In this document: in pieces, positions 40,760 through 50,490 of the stretch
How the letters are laid out: each line of letters begins with the position of its first letter
How positions within the stretch are numbered: position 1 is the stretch's first letter
Assembly: GCA_001821765.1 (NCBI GenBank)
Contig: MHOA01000007.1
Coordinates: forward strand, 9,565 to 73,564
DNA from: Candidatus Ryanbacteria bacterium RIFCSPLOWO2_12_FULL_44_26
Lineage (GTDB): Bacteria; Patescibacteriota; Minisyncoccia; Ryanbacterales; HO2-45-13
Direction: 5' to 3'
Length of the DNA: 64,000 bases
The notes under the pieces: generated by a model
What the model saw: the letters and a program-made list of their open reading frames with translations, nothing else
Database searches by the model: none
What the model was told of the DNA's origin: nothing
Position numbers and translations under genes: made by a program

Positions 40760-41290
40760 ATGAAAAAACGCGTTTTTGTGGCGATAGGCATTTCAGAGGA
40801 GCTGAAGGGTAGAATTTCTCAGTGGCAAAATAAATTTTCAACACTACCAGTCAGATGGATCGGGAAAAAGAATTTACACGTCACGATTATCCCGCCATGG
40901 TATGAGGAAAACGTGGAAAAAGTAAAACAGGCGATACAAGAAGCTGTATGTCATGTCGGTTTTTTTGATTTGCAATTTCATCGGATAACATTCGGTCCCA
41001 GCCAGAATCGTCCGCGTCTTATCTGGATAGAAGGACCCAGCCCTAAAAAGCTTATTGATCTTACAATGAAGCTCGAAAAAGTGTTGAGAAAAAAAAGCGA
41101 AAGACGCTCTTTTCTTTTGCATCTTACCGTCGCGAGGTTTAAGCCGGAAATATACTCAACATTTTCCATAAAGCAACTGGATGAAAAAGTTTTATGGAAT
41201 GAAAAAGTGGCATCAGTTGTTCTTATGGAATCGCGTCTTTTAAAAGGCGGGGCTGACTACGAATCAATAGCCGCATGTTCACTACAATAA
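40760..41290 (+). CDS. RNA 2',3'-cyclic phosphodiesterase / 2'-5' RNA ligase (2H family, ThpR/LigT-like)
   Basis: Two H-x-T motifs (LHVTII and LHLTVARF) at the expected spacing; 176 aa. Confidence 0.7.
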   Translation: MKKRVFVAIGISEELKGRISQWQNKFSTLPVRWIGKKNLHVTIIPPWYEENVEKVKQAIQEAVCHVGFFDLQFHRITFGPSQNRPRLIWIEGPSPKKLIDLTMKLEKVLRKKSERRSFLLHLTVARFKPEIYSTFSIKQLDEKVLWNEKVASVVLMESRLLKGGADYESIAACSLQ

Positions 41291-41294
41291 ATGT

Positions 41295-42701
41295 ATGTTT
41301 ACAAAAAAAGATTTAAAGAGAATCAGTGATATTCTTTGGGAGATTCCAAAAAGCTATCGAAGCGATATGCGTGTTCCAGCGCGGCTCTATAGTTCCGAAA
41401 AAATGCTTGAGGATATTTTCCGCGACCGCTCTGTTGAACAATTGGTCAATGTTTCCACACTGCTCGGCATTCAAAAATACGCCATTGCCATGCCTGATAT
41501 TCATGAGGGCTACGGTTTTCCTATAGGAGGCGTTGCCGCCTTTGACGTTGAAGAGGGCATTATCTCCCCCGGGTCGGTTGGGTACGATATCAATTGCGGT
41601 GTGCGGTTGCTGCGGTCCGAGAAATCTTTTCCTGAAGTAAAACCAGCTCTCGAGGCGCTGGGGCTTTCCATTTATCAGGAAGTTCCCTCCGGTGTTGGAA
41701 GGAGCGGGAGATTAAAACTGAAAGGAAAAGATCTTGATTCGGTTCTCATGGGAGGAGCGCAAAGCGTCATTGCCATGGGATATGGGGAAGAAGAAGATAT
41801 GACGCATGTTGAATCTGAAGGCTGGCTTGAACATGCAGCCCCGGATTGTGTTTCGGAGCGTGCAAAAAAAAGAGGGCATGATCAACTCGGCACCATGGGA
41901 GCCGGAAATCATTTTGTTGAGGTGGGGCGCATTGAACGGATTTTTGATAAAACAACTGCACAAGCGCTTCATCTTTTTGAAAACCAGGTTACGATTCTTA
42001 TCCATACGGGTTCCCGGGGGCTTGGACATCAGGTTGCGACGGATTACATCACAACTATGATGAAAGTTATGCCGAAGTACGGTATTACGCTTCCAGACAG
42101 AGAGCTTGCCTGCGCGCCGTTTAGATCTGACGAGGGGAAAAATTATTTTTCCGCAATGGCTGCAAGCGCGAATTTTGCCTGGGCCAACAGACAACTCATT
42201 ACACACGAAGTTCGGCATGCCTGGAATCATGTGTTCGGACAAACGGGAGGGACGCTACACGTTGTGTATGATGTTGCTCACAACATTGCAAAACTTGAGG
42301 AGCATGAAATTTCTCAAGAAAAGAAAAATGTTGTTGTTCACAGAAAAGGCGCGACGCGCGCTTTTCCAAATCAGCCGGTGCTTATTCCCGGAAGCATGGG
42401 GACCGCTTCTTATGTGCTGATTGGAGGAGAAAAATCATTAGAGGAAAGTTTCGGATCAACGTGTCACGGCGCCGGAAGAAGAATGTCCAGAACACAGGCG
42501 CGAAAGACGATTCGCGGTTCGGTGTTAAAGGAAGAACTCAAACAACAGGGGATTGTGATAAATGCTGGATCGTTTCCCTCTCTTGCAGAGGAAGCGCCCA
42601 GCGCTTACAAAGACGTTGACGCAGTTGTTGATGTGGTGCATCAAGCCGGTATCGCAAAAAAAGTTGCGCGTCTAAGACCCATTGCTGTTATTAAGGGATA
42701 G
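41295..42701 (+). CDS. rtcB: RNA-splicing ligase RtcB (3'-phosphate/5'-hydroxyl nucleic acid ligase)
   Basis: GYDINCGVRLL, GTMGAGNHFVEV, IHTGSRGLGHQVA, HNIAKLE, STCHGAGRRMSR conserved RtcB metal/GTP-binding motifs; 468 aa. Confidence 0.9.
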   Translation: MFTKKDLKRISDILWEIPKSYRSDMRVPARLYSSEKMLEDIFRDRSVEQLVNVSTLLGIQKYAIAMPDIHEGYGFPIGGVAAFDVEEGIISPGSVGYDINCGVRLLRSEKSFPEVKPALEALGLSIYQEVPSGVGRSGRLKLKGKDLDSVLMGGAQSVIAMGYGEEEDMTHVESEGWLEHAAPDCVSERAKKRGHDQLGTMGAGNHFVEVGRIERIFDKTTAQALHLFENQVTILIHTGSRGLGHQVATDYITTMMKVMPKYGITLPDRELACAPFRSDEGKNYFSAMAASANFAWANRQLITHEVRHAWNHVFGQTGGTLHVVYDVAHNIAKLEEHEISQEKKNVVVHRKGATRAFPNQPVLIPGSMGTASYVLIGGEKSLEESFGSTCHGAGRRMSRTQARKTIRGSVLKEELKQQGIVINAGSFPSLAEEAPSAYKDVDAVVDVVHQAGIAKKVARLRPIAVIKG

Positions 42702-42945
42702 TATGTTACATTTTTAACGCGAGCAGATGTTGTGATGGTTTCGCATCAACGTTTCGCTCGGCTCTGTTTTTTTAAAAAAAACTACAAAGCCGTCTTTTTG
42801 AAATAAAGGACGGTTTTTTTTCTTTACGCACTAATAAGTTCCGGAGCGGCCTTTTCAGGACAGCGGGAAGTCTGATATTGAAGAGCTCTTGACAAGCAAT
42901 CCGGATCTATGCTTTCTTATAAAATTAAAAGCTTGAAAAGACTTG

Positions 42946-43018
42946 GGTACGGACGCCGAGCAAAGCCCTTAAAAGGCTTGGTTTCCCCAAATTCGGCGTC
43001 CGTACCCAGGTTTTTTTT
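42946..43018 (+). terminator. long-stem hairpin plus T8 tract downstream of rtcB
   Basis: GGGTACGGACGCCGAG...(30 nt with inner AAGCC/GGCTT hairpin)...TTCGGCGTCCGTACCC followed by AGGTTTTTTTT. Confidence 0.45.
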
Positions 43019-43165
43019 AATCCCGGGAGGGCGCCCAAGGGTGTATTAACTTTTCCTCCATTATAACAACTTGACAAAGAAATGGAAATTTTCTGTAGTG
43101 TATAGTCAAATTTGACAGCATATATTGTATGTGGTTTTTTCTTGGAAAAACTGTGTACAACTATT

Positions 43166-43200
43166 GACATATATTGGCGTGACTACTACACTATAGGTAA
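43166..43200 (+). promoter_or_regulatory. putative sigma70-like promoter for the leader at 43214
   Basis: TTGACA - 17 nt - TACACT; a second TTGACA lies ~50 nt further upstream. Confidence 0.3.
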
Positions 43201-43213
43201 CAATTCAATAAAA

Positions 43214-43338
43214 GTGTCTTTGAGGGGAAACCAAGACAGAGCAGAGTGAAAGAAATTTATGGTTTCCCATAAAGGAAAGACAAATGTAAAAAGGCCAACC
43301 TTTGGTTTAAAGACCAAGGGTTGGTCTTTTTGTTTTTT
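43214..43338 (+). ncRNA. candidate structured 5' leader RNA, copy A (P1 hairpin GGGGAAACC/GGTTTCCC plus intrinsic terminator), unclassified
   Basis: GTGTCTTTGAGGGGAAACC...ATGGTTTCCC then the AGGCCAACCTTTGG...CCAAGGGTTGGTCT hairpin and TTTTTGTTTTTT. A homologous copy sits at 50491-50642. Confidence 0.5.
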
Positions 43339-43473
43339 ATCCGATTCCAGTGAGATGCAGGTTTCTTAAATGTTTCCTTTTAGGAAATCTGAATTTGGCT
43401 GGAATCACTGCCCATGGGCGGACGGCCAATGCAAAGGTCGAACACACATTAAAGGATAAACGATATTGAACCT

Positions 43474-44151
43474 ATGTTGAAAAAAATCTTTGTAGGACAC
43501 ATGACGTTTATCATGTCGTTGGGTCTTTTTGCGGTCCCGGCGCTTGCCAATAACTGGAGCAATGACGTCACTGTTGAAAACAACAATGGCGCCGTTGTAA
43601 ACAATTGGGTTGGCGCATTTGCCAGCACTGGCAGTAACGATGCCAACGGCGGATACGCCGGAGGCGCTGGAAACGGCGGCAATGCCGGAAACGGAAACGG
43701 AAGCAGCAACGACGAAAACAGCGCTGATGGCGGAAACGGCGGTGACGGCGGAAACGGCGGTGATATTCTCACCGGTTTTGCAGTTGCTGTCGCTGGTGTG
43801 ACGAACAACGTGAACTGGAATAAAACAGAAGTGGAGCCATGCGACTGCAGTGAGCATAATCACGACAACGACGTTCGCGTCAGAAACAACAATGGCGCCG
43901 AGGTAGGAAATGAAGTGCTCGCTAAAGCCAAGACCGGTAAAAACAATTCTAACGGCGGCGATACCGGTAACGGCGCAGGAAACGGCGGCAATGCCGGAGA
44001 CGGCGATGGCAGCAGCAATGACGGCAATAACGCCGATGGCGGCAATGCCGGAGACGGCGGCATGGGAGGTATCATTACGACACTCGATGCTCTTTCAGAA
44101 GTGTCAGTCGTAAATGTTATCAACCGAAACGTCACACGCATTCGACGTTAA
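43474..44151 (+). CDS. secreted Gly/Asn/Asp-rich repeat protein
   Basis: Signal peptide MLKKIFVGHMTFIMSLGLFAVPALA; two ~100-aa internal repeats (V.NNNGA.V.N....A...TG.N..NGG...GNGGNAG.G.GSSND.N.ADGGN.GDGG). Confidence 0.6.
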   Translation: MLKKIFVGHMTFIMSLGLFAVPALANNWSNDVTVENNNGAVVNNWVGAFASTGSNDANGGYAGGAGNGGNAGNGNGSSNDENSADGGNGGDGGNGGDILTGFAVAVAGVTNNVNWNKTEVEPCDCSEHNHDNDVRVRNNNGAEVGNEVLAKAKTGKNNSNGGDTGNGAGNGGNAGDGDGSSNDGNNADGGNAGDGGMGGIITTLDALSEVSVVNVINRNVTRIRR

Positions 44152-44273
44152 GTTTCTTGGAGGATGGAAATAACTTCATAGGGTTATTTCCTCCTTCAGG
44201 CAAGGTTTGGATCGTGGTCCAAACCTTGCCGTGAGGGAGATCTTTAAAAGCATTACGGCTTTAAAACGAACTC

Positions 44274-44903
44274 ATGAGCAAACAACGGAAAGCACCAGGT
44301 AATAATTTTATACTTGCAGGGCTGGCAGTGATGATCGTGCTGATTCCAGTAAAAACGTTGGCGTTTTTTGAGAACATTGATGTGAATGATTTTTTTTCTT
44401 GGGGCGATGAAGCGATTGTGATCACGAATAAAGTAGAAGCCACTGCAAACACGGGAGGCAATACGGCTAAAGAAGGAAAGATAAACACGGGGAGCGCGAA
44501 AGCATCGGTCGTTGTGGAAACAAAGACAGACGATGACATAACAGAAGTTGATGTTGTGGTTACCGTTGAAGGTGAGGCAACTTCTACAAAGCAAGAGATA
44601 CGGGCAGGCAATGTAACGGTTCAAGCTGAAGCAGGAAGCACCGCATCCGTTGACGTATATGTGAAGGAGGTGAGTTCAAACAGAGAGGAGCAATTTTTTG
44701 ATGGAGCGTTGCCGTTACCGCTTACCGGAGAAGATGAGGCGGCGGATACTTCAGAAGAAGATATTGGTACGTCAGAGAAAAGCAATGAGTTACCAAAAGA
44801 AGCGCCGGCCGGCATTGATAAGAAAAAGGGATTTATTGGCCATATCATTGTTTCATTAACATCATTTATACAACATGTATTTTCATTTTTTACATTTACA
44901 TAG
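44274..44903 (+). CDS. secreted repeat protein (membrane-anchored N-terminus, acidic C-terminus)
   Basis: N-terminal TM/signal, ATANTGGNTAKEG...TGSAKASVV motifs related to the neighbouring genes. Confidence 0.5.
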   Translation: MSKQRKAPGNNFILAGLAVMIVLIPVKTLAFFENIDVNDFFSWGDEAIVITNKVEATANTGGNTAKEGKINTGSAKASVVVETKTDDDITEVDVVVTVEGEATSTKQEIRAGNVTVQAEAGSTASVDVYVKEVSSNREEQFFDGALPLPLTGEDEAADTSEEDIGTSEKSNELPKEAPAGIDKKKGFIGHIIVSLTSFIQHVFSFFTFT

Positions 44904-47751
44904 AGTTAAAAAAGAACGCGTACCCGCATTGCTTTTGATTGCAACGCTTTCAATAAGTTATTCGGTTTTACCTTTATTTTCCTTGTCTGCGGAAGGAACA
45001 GAAGGAGCGACAACAGATCAATCAACAGAGGAAGTTGTCACAACTAATGTCAATGAATCTCCAGCGCCTTTAGAAGAGCAAGGAAGTAATGAGGTGACGG
45101 CGGGAAATGCTTCCGAACCCAACGCAAGTGATGTAGGGGAAGATACAGTGATAGAAACGGGCGATGCTGTAGCCGGAGCTGATGTGGTAAACGAGGTAAA
45201 TACTAATACGATCAGTTCCGAAAATTCCGGCCAAGACGGGACAACCAACGAAGGTGACGGAGATGCTGGCGGTAGCGAAGAAGCAGTAAATGCCACTTCT
45301 ACCACTCCAGCAGCACAAGATCAGAATGACCCTTCTTTAAATACGGATTTTATAGAAAACAATGCGACATCCACCCCCCATCTGTCAGATAACATGCAAG
45401 ATCCTAACGCATCTACCCTTGATGTTTCTGATGGTGATATGGCTGCTACAAATACTGCCCCATTGATCATAACATCGGACAATACCAATGAAGCAGCAGT
45501 TTCAAATGCCGTAGAGACTGGAGCTGGAACGGGTTCCAATGAAGCAAGCAATAATGGAGGAAATGTCGTCATTGATACGGGCGATGCCTACGCCAGCGCA
45601 AATGTTGCCAATATTGTAAACAGCAACTTTATCGGCGCTGAAGGGTTTTTCAATATACTGACGGTGTTTGGAGCAATGTTTGGTGATATTGAGATGGAGT
45701 ATGGTAGTTCCGCGCTTTGCAGTACGTTCGGATGCGATATCTCGGTGCTGGATCTTTTAAATAGAAATAGTGCCTTGGTGGAGAATACCGTTGAGGCAAA
45801 TGCAGTGACCGGTGAGAATACCGCCAGCAACAATGGGGGGGATGTGACGATTGCCACCGGCGATGCTTATGCGGCCGCAAACGTCGTCAATTTTGTAAAT
45901 ACCAATGTCGTAAGCGCGCATTTTCTCTCGTTTATTTTAAACGCGTTTGGACCATGGGTCGGCGATTTAGTCCTTCCCCCCGCTTCCTCTTTTGAAGAAG
46001 AGGGGAGCTTAGGATGTCCCAACTGTTTTGGAGAGGTGAGTGTTGCCAACGACAATACGGTCGACATTGAAAATGGCGTTGCTGCCGGAGCCGATACCGG
46101 TTCTAACAGCGCAAATGGCGGCGATGGTGACGGCGGAACAATTACAACAGGAAATGCTGTAGCTGAAGCAAATGTGATGACTGTTGCAAATATGAATATT
46201 TTCGGGAACAACTCCATTCTTATTTTCATACGCACTCAAGGACGATGGAGCGGCAACATTTTTAGTCTTCCACCGGGTGTTGAGGTTATTAAAACCGACA
46301 GCGGTTTTATTCTTGACGGTATGGGTATTTTCTCAAATGCCTCAACCGTTTTGGGGAATGCTTCCGTTGCGCTGAACGCGGCGAATGAGAATAGCGCAAC
46401 AATTGTAAATCAAGTGAGCGCCAACGCATCAACTGGTTCTAATACGGCGAACGCCAATGGCGGAGAAACTTCCATCACTACGGGAAACGCCTATGCGGCT
46501 GCTAACGTGATAAATTTTGCAAACATCAATGTGGTAAGCCGTAACTGGCTGCTTGCCATTGTCAATGTTTTTGGAGACTGGAACGGAGATCTCGCGTTTG
46601 GAAGACCGGATTTATGGATTGGAGAATCTGCGACCCCTTCCTCGGTGCCGCTTGAAGCCGGTTCAACGATCGTATACACCTTTACCTATCGGAATAACGG
46701 CAATGCCGCTGCTACCGGGGTGAGTATCACCGATGTGTTTGGTCCCCACTTAACTTTCCTTGACAGCGGCGGCGGGAATACCGGTGTTGCGGGTCAAATA
46801 AGCTGGGATATCGGCACGGTTGAGCCGGGCGAGTACGGCACGGTTTCCTACACCATGCAAGTGCCCACGCCCAGCAACGTTCCGGAAGGCCAAAATAGGT
46901 GGGTGACGAATACCGTATCTATAACCGCGTTTGAGGATGATGTAAGTACAGCAGACAACACCGATTCGCTCACTTTTAATGTATACGAAAGAAATTACGA
47001 TGTTTCCAAAACTCATTACTATCCTGATTTGAAGATTGAGAAAAGAAGAATTGGAGGGGGGATTGTCCTTCCGGGGGATAAAGTGGATTACGTGGTCGCC
47101 ATCTATAATCAAGGAATTGGATCTGCATATGATGTTGTTGTTGAAGATATCATGAAGGATCCGAATGGCGGAGTTGTCAGCGAACAGATGTGGGATTTGG
47201 GAGAGGTGTTTCCTGACGAGCGGATTACCCTTGATTACACCATAGAGCTTGCATCAAATGCGCCATATGGAACATACATCAATATCGCTCAGGCAAAAGG
47301 GTTGATGCCGTATGGAGGAGCGATGCTTCCTTATTATTCAGGCTATGGAACACAGGAACTTGAAGTGGGAGGCGTTGGAGGAGGTGAAACCGTTGAATTC
47401 GTGCCCCCACCAGAAAGCGTTCAACAGGATAGCGAGACGGTATTGGCGCTTGACGAAGCAAGTGTTGGCGAAACCCCTGTTCCCATCGTTGCTGCTGTTG
47501 TAGCAGGCGCAGATGGCGGGGGAGAAAACCCCGAGGGCAATGGATTTGAAAAGGTGTTTTTTGACCACGTGAATGTGGCTCAAGTGCACTCCTATCCTGA
47601 ATATATCATTGAAAAGAAGCATAAAGGCCTTGCTATGGCGGCCGTTCCGTTCCTCTTTGAATCTGCTTGGTCGGCATTGGCAGCTTTATTAGCGCTTCTT
47701 TTCGCGCTTTTCCTGTATTGGTTGATGCGCCAAAGAGAGATCAGGAAATAG
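44875..47751 (+). CDS. large surface protein with five ~40-aa ANTG.N.A.NNGG...TGDA.A.ANV.N.VN.N repeats, two DUF11-like domains and a C-terminal hydrophobic anchor
   Basis: Signal peptide; repeats at aa ~90, 215, 300, 385, 500; DUF11 (TIGR01451-like) segments PLEAGSTIVYTFTYRNNGNAAATGVSITDVF... and GDKVDYVVAIYNQGIGSAYDVVVEDI...; C-terminal AAVPFLFESAWSALAALLALLFALFLYWLMRQREIRK. Confidence 0.6.
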   Translation: MYFHFLHLHRVKKERVPALLLIATLSISYSVLPLFSLSAEGTEGATTDQSTEEVVTTNVNESPAPLEEQGSNEVTAGNASEPNASDVGEDTVIETGDAVAGADVVNEVNTNTISSENSGQDGTTNEGDGDAGGSEEAVNATSTTPAAQDQNDPSLNTDFIENNATSTPHLSDNMQDPNASTLDVSDGDMAATNTAPLIITSDNTNEAAVSNAVETGAGTGSNEASNNGGNVVIDTGDAYASANVANIVNSNFIGAEGFFNILTVFGAMFGDIEMEYGSSALCSTFGCDISVLDLLNRNSALVENTVEANAVTGENTASNNGGDVTIATGDAYAAANVVNFVNTNVVSAHFLSFILNAFGPWVGDLVLPPASSFEEEGSLGCPNCFGEVSVANDNTVDIENGVAAGADTGSNSANGGDGDGGTITTGNAVAEANVMTVANMNIFGNNSILIFIRTQGRWSGNIFSLPPGVEVIKTDSGFILDGMGIFSNASTVLGNASVALNAANENSATIVNQVSANASTGSNTANANGGETSITTGNAYAAANVINFANINVVSRNWLLAIVNVFGDWNGDLAFGRPDLWIGESATPSSVPLEAGSTIVYTFTYRNNGNAAATGVSITDVFGPHLTFLDSGGGNTGVAGQISWDIGTVEPGEYGTVSYTMQVPTPSNVPEGQNRWVTNTVSITAFEDDVSTADNTDSLTFNVYERNYDVSKTHYYPDLKIEKRRIGGGIVLPGDKVDYVVAIYNQGIGSAYDVVVEDIMKDPNGGVVSEQMWDLGEVFPDERITLDYTIELASNAPYGTYINIAQAKGLMPYGGAMLPYYSGYGTQELEVGGVGGGETVEFVPPPESVQQDSETVLALDEASVGETPVPIVAAVVAGADGGGENPEGNGFEKVFFDHVNVAQVHSYPEYIIEKKHKGLAMAAVPFLFESAWSALAALLALLFALFLYWLMRQREIRK

Positions 47752-47787
47752 TTGATTTTTTTGCGCAATAGTAGTAAGGTAAGAGGC

Positions 47788-50334
47788 ATGAAAAGACCAC
47801 TGTTTTTAGCATTATTGTTCGTTGGCATTTTCATTTTCTCTGCCGGCTCGGCTGAAGGCGTTTTGAGAGGGGATACAGAACGCCTTGTTCAAACGGAACG
47901 GCCTTTGTATCGCGCAGGTGAAGTCATTATCAAACGGAAAGGAGAAGCATGGTTTGAGCGCGTATCTGTTGCTTCTGGAGAAGATGTTACAGGAGCCCTT
48001 CGGCGTTTTCGAGGGAGAAGTGACATTGAATATGCAGAGCCAAACTATATTGCCCGTGCATTTTTTACACCCAACGACCCTTATTATTCATATCAGTGGC
48101 ATTTAGATAATGCCGTTTACGGCGGCATTGAGACTGAACAGGCTTGGGATATTGCGCGAGGGAACGGGGTGACGATTGCCGTTGTTGACACCGGCGTTGC
48201 ATATGAAAATAACGGGTCTTTCTATAAAAAAGCGCCAGATCTTGTGAATACCGCTTTTACTGCCGGCTTCGATTTTGTAAATAACGATACACACCCGAAC
48301 GATGACAACGGTCACGGTACTCACGTAACCGGCACGCTTGCACAAAGCACTGATAACAATACCGGCGTTGCAGGAGTTGCCTTTCAAGCAAGCATTATGC
48401 CGGTCAAAGTGCTTGATAGTCGGGGGAGCGGCACGTATGCGGACGTGGCGGATGGCATTCGATGGGCGGCTGATAACGGGGCTACGGTTGTTAATCTTTC
48501 GCTTGGCGGACCGACGCCCGCAACGTATTTAGAAAGCGCTATACGGTACGCTTATGAGAAAGGAGTTACCATTGTAGCGGCATCAGGAAATGACGGCGCA
48601 GGTGTTGTGTCGTATCCGGCCGCGTATGATGATTATGTCATTGCCGTTGGCGCGACGCGTTTTGATGAAGCGCGCGCTCCATATTCTAATTACGGCTCTG
48701 CTCTTGATATTGTCGCTCCCGGCGGAGACCTTTCAGTTGATCAAAATGGTGATGGCTACGGCGACGGAGTGTTACAGCAAACATTCAACAACCGTCCCTA
48801 CAGCTTCGGCTACTTCTTTTATCAGGGGACCTCAATGGCCACACCGCATATTGCAGGCGTTGCGGCGCTTGTGATCTCCAGCGGCATTGCGACAACTCCC
48901 GATCAAGTGCGGCTGGCTTTACAGTCAACGGCTGATGACTTGGGAGATTCTGGCCGAGATGATATGTTTGGCTGGGGAATCGTTAACGCCGGAGCAGCTC
49001 TTGGCTATACTACAGGGCCGGCAGATAATCCTCCCTCGGTTGCGATAACATCTCCTGCTGCAAACGCAACCGTTGAGGGCACGATCAACATTTTAGCCGC
49101 TGCGACGGATGACAACGGAATTGACAAAGTTGATTTTTATGCTGACGGCGCACCTATTGGCGCTGATACTGCTTTTCCATATGAAATTTCGTGGAATTCA
49201 GCAAGTGTTGCTGATGGTTCGCACGCGCTGAAGGTTGTTGCCGTTGATACTGTTGGTCAAACCGCAGAGCATTTGATATATGTTATTGTTGACAACATTA
49301 ATAATCCGCCGGTTGCTAACGCAGGCCCCGATCAGTCATTGATGGATTCCAATGATGACGGCGTTGAATCAGTTGCCCTCAACGGCTCCGGTTCCAGCGA
49401 TCCGGATGGCGGAATTGCGGCGTACGAATGGAGGGAGGGATCGAATATTCTTGGAACGTCGCCAATCATTACTCCAACTTTTGTGGTGGGCATTCATGTA
49501 GTAACACTGACGGTTGTTGATGATAAAGGCGCGGCAGGAAGTGATGATGTTACTGTGGAGGTATTGGCATATCAAAACATGTTGCCTGTTGCCAACGCCG
49601 GATCTGATAAAACGGTTACTGACAATGACAATAATGGTTCGGAGCCGGTGACCTTGGACGGCTCTGGTTCCTACGATCCGGATGGTTCTATTGTTGCCTT
49701 TGAATGGAAAGAAGGGCCGAGTGTTTTTGGAACATCAGCGCTGATAGTAAAAGACTTTGCAGTAGGCATTCATACAGTAACGCTTACTGTGACCGATGAT
49801 AAAGGGGCGGCGTCTTTAGATGAGGTTGTCGTTACGGTAAACCCAAAGCCGAGCGGGCCGACCACGATGTTTTTTGATGATTTTGAAGGGGGAAACCCCG
49901 CTACTCACTGGACAGAGTCAGGTGATGGCAACTGGACTATTGAGCAACCGGCAGAGCGCAATATTTCCGGCCACGCCTCCGGCAATCTCGTTGCACACGC
50001 TGATCAGTGCAGCAGCGCTCAAGGGTGTGTTTTGACGCTGAAGGACGCCATTGATCTAAGCGGTTATTCAAGCGCATCGCTTCAATTCTGGAGGTATGTG
50101 GATCGCTCGCTTGATAATGGTGAGTTTTTAAAAGTGGAGCTTTACAATGGGAGTTCGTGGGACACGGTTTTTTACTGGACGTACCGATCGGGCGCCGATG
50201 ACAAGTGGTACTATAAAACCGTTGATCTTTCCGGTTATCTGGTGAATACCTTTAAAGTGCGCTTTACGTCAAAAGAAAACAGCAACGGCGAAGACACTGA
50301 AATTGACGACGTGCTCATTGAAGCATTGCTATAG
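47788..50334 (+). CDS. subtilisin-like serine protease (peptidase S8) with tandem PKD-like domains and a C-terminal beta-sandwich domain
   Basis: RBS AAGGTAAGAGG; signal peptide; catalytic triad motifs VAVVDTGV (Asp), HGTHVTGT (His), GTSMATPHIAGVAAL (Ser); three repeats beginning P(P/V)ANAG(P/S)D. Confidence 0.8.
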   Translation: MKRPLFLALLFVGIFIFSAGSAEGVLRGDTERLVQTERPLYRAGEVIIKRKGEAWFERVSVASGEDVTGALRRFRGRSDIEYAEPNYIARAFFTPNDPYYSYQWHLDNAVYGGIETEQAWDIARGNGVTIAVVDTGVAYENNGSFYKKAPDLVNTAFTAGFDFVNNDTHPNDDNGHGTHVTGTLAQSTDNNTGVAGVAFQASIMPVKVLDSRGSGTYADVADGIRWAADNGATVVNLSLGGPTPATYLESAIRYAYEKGVTIVAASGNDGAGVVSYPAAYDDYVIAVGATRFDEARAPYSNYGSALDIVAPGGDLSVDQNGDGYGDGVLQQTFNNRPYSFGYFFYQGTSMATPHIAGVAALVISSGIATTPDQVRLALQSTADDLGDSGRDDMFGWGIVNAGAALGYTTGPADNPPSVAITSPAANATVEGTINILAAATDDNGIDKVDFYADGAPIGADTAFPYEISWNSASVADGSHALKVVAVDTVGQTAEHLIYVIVDNINNPPVANAGPDQSLMDSNDDGVESVALNGSGSSDPDGGIAAYEWREGSNILGTSPIITPTFVVGIHVVTLTVVDDKGAAGSDDVTVEVLAYQNMLPVANAGSDKTVTDNDNNGSEPVTLDGSGSYDPDGSIVAFEWKEGPSVFGTSALIVKDFAVGIHTVTLTVTDDKGAASLDEVVVTVNPKPSGPTTMFFDDFEGGNPATHWTESGDGNWTIEQPAERNISGHASGNLVAHADQCSSAQGCVLTLKDAIDLSGYSSASLQFWRYVDRSLDNGEFLKVELYNGSSWDTVFYWTYRSGADDKWYYKTVDLSGYLVNTFKVRFTSKENSNGEDTEIDDVLIEALL

Positions 50335-50490
50335 GCGCCTTTTTACGCTTGATTGTGGGGCTTGCTATTTCCTTCATAAAGCAGTAAGGTTACGGTGGTG
50401 TTCGTTCCGCCAAAGCAGACTGCTTAAAAGCAAATCGTTTGCTGGGCAAGGTGCTTTGGGAGCGAATTGAAACAAATATATAATATTAGT

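Noticed and set aside
43405-44151. Minus-strand ORFs (43405..43863, 43449..43808, 43860..44141) and later ones inside 44875..47751
   Set aside because: These are shadow ORFs generated by the Gly/Asn/Ala codon periodicity of the + strand repeat proteins. Their products are Pro/Ala/Ser low-complexity mirror images.
43474-44151. Possible CRISPR-like periodicity in the GGC/AAC-rich repeats
   Set aside because: The repeats are in-frame coding repeats of unequal length with no spacer-repeat architecture and no cas genes. No CRISPR array is present in the window.
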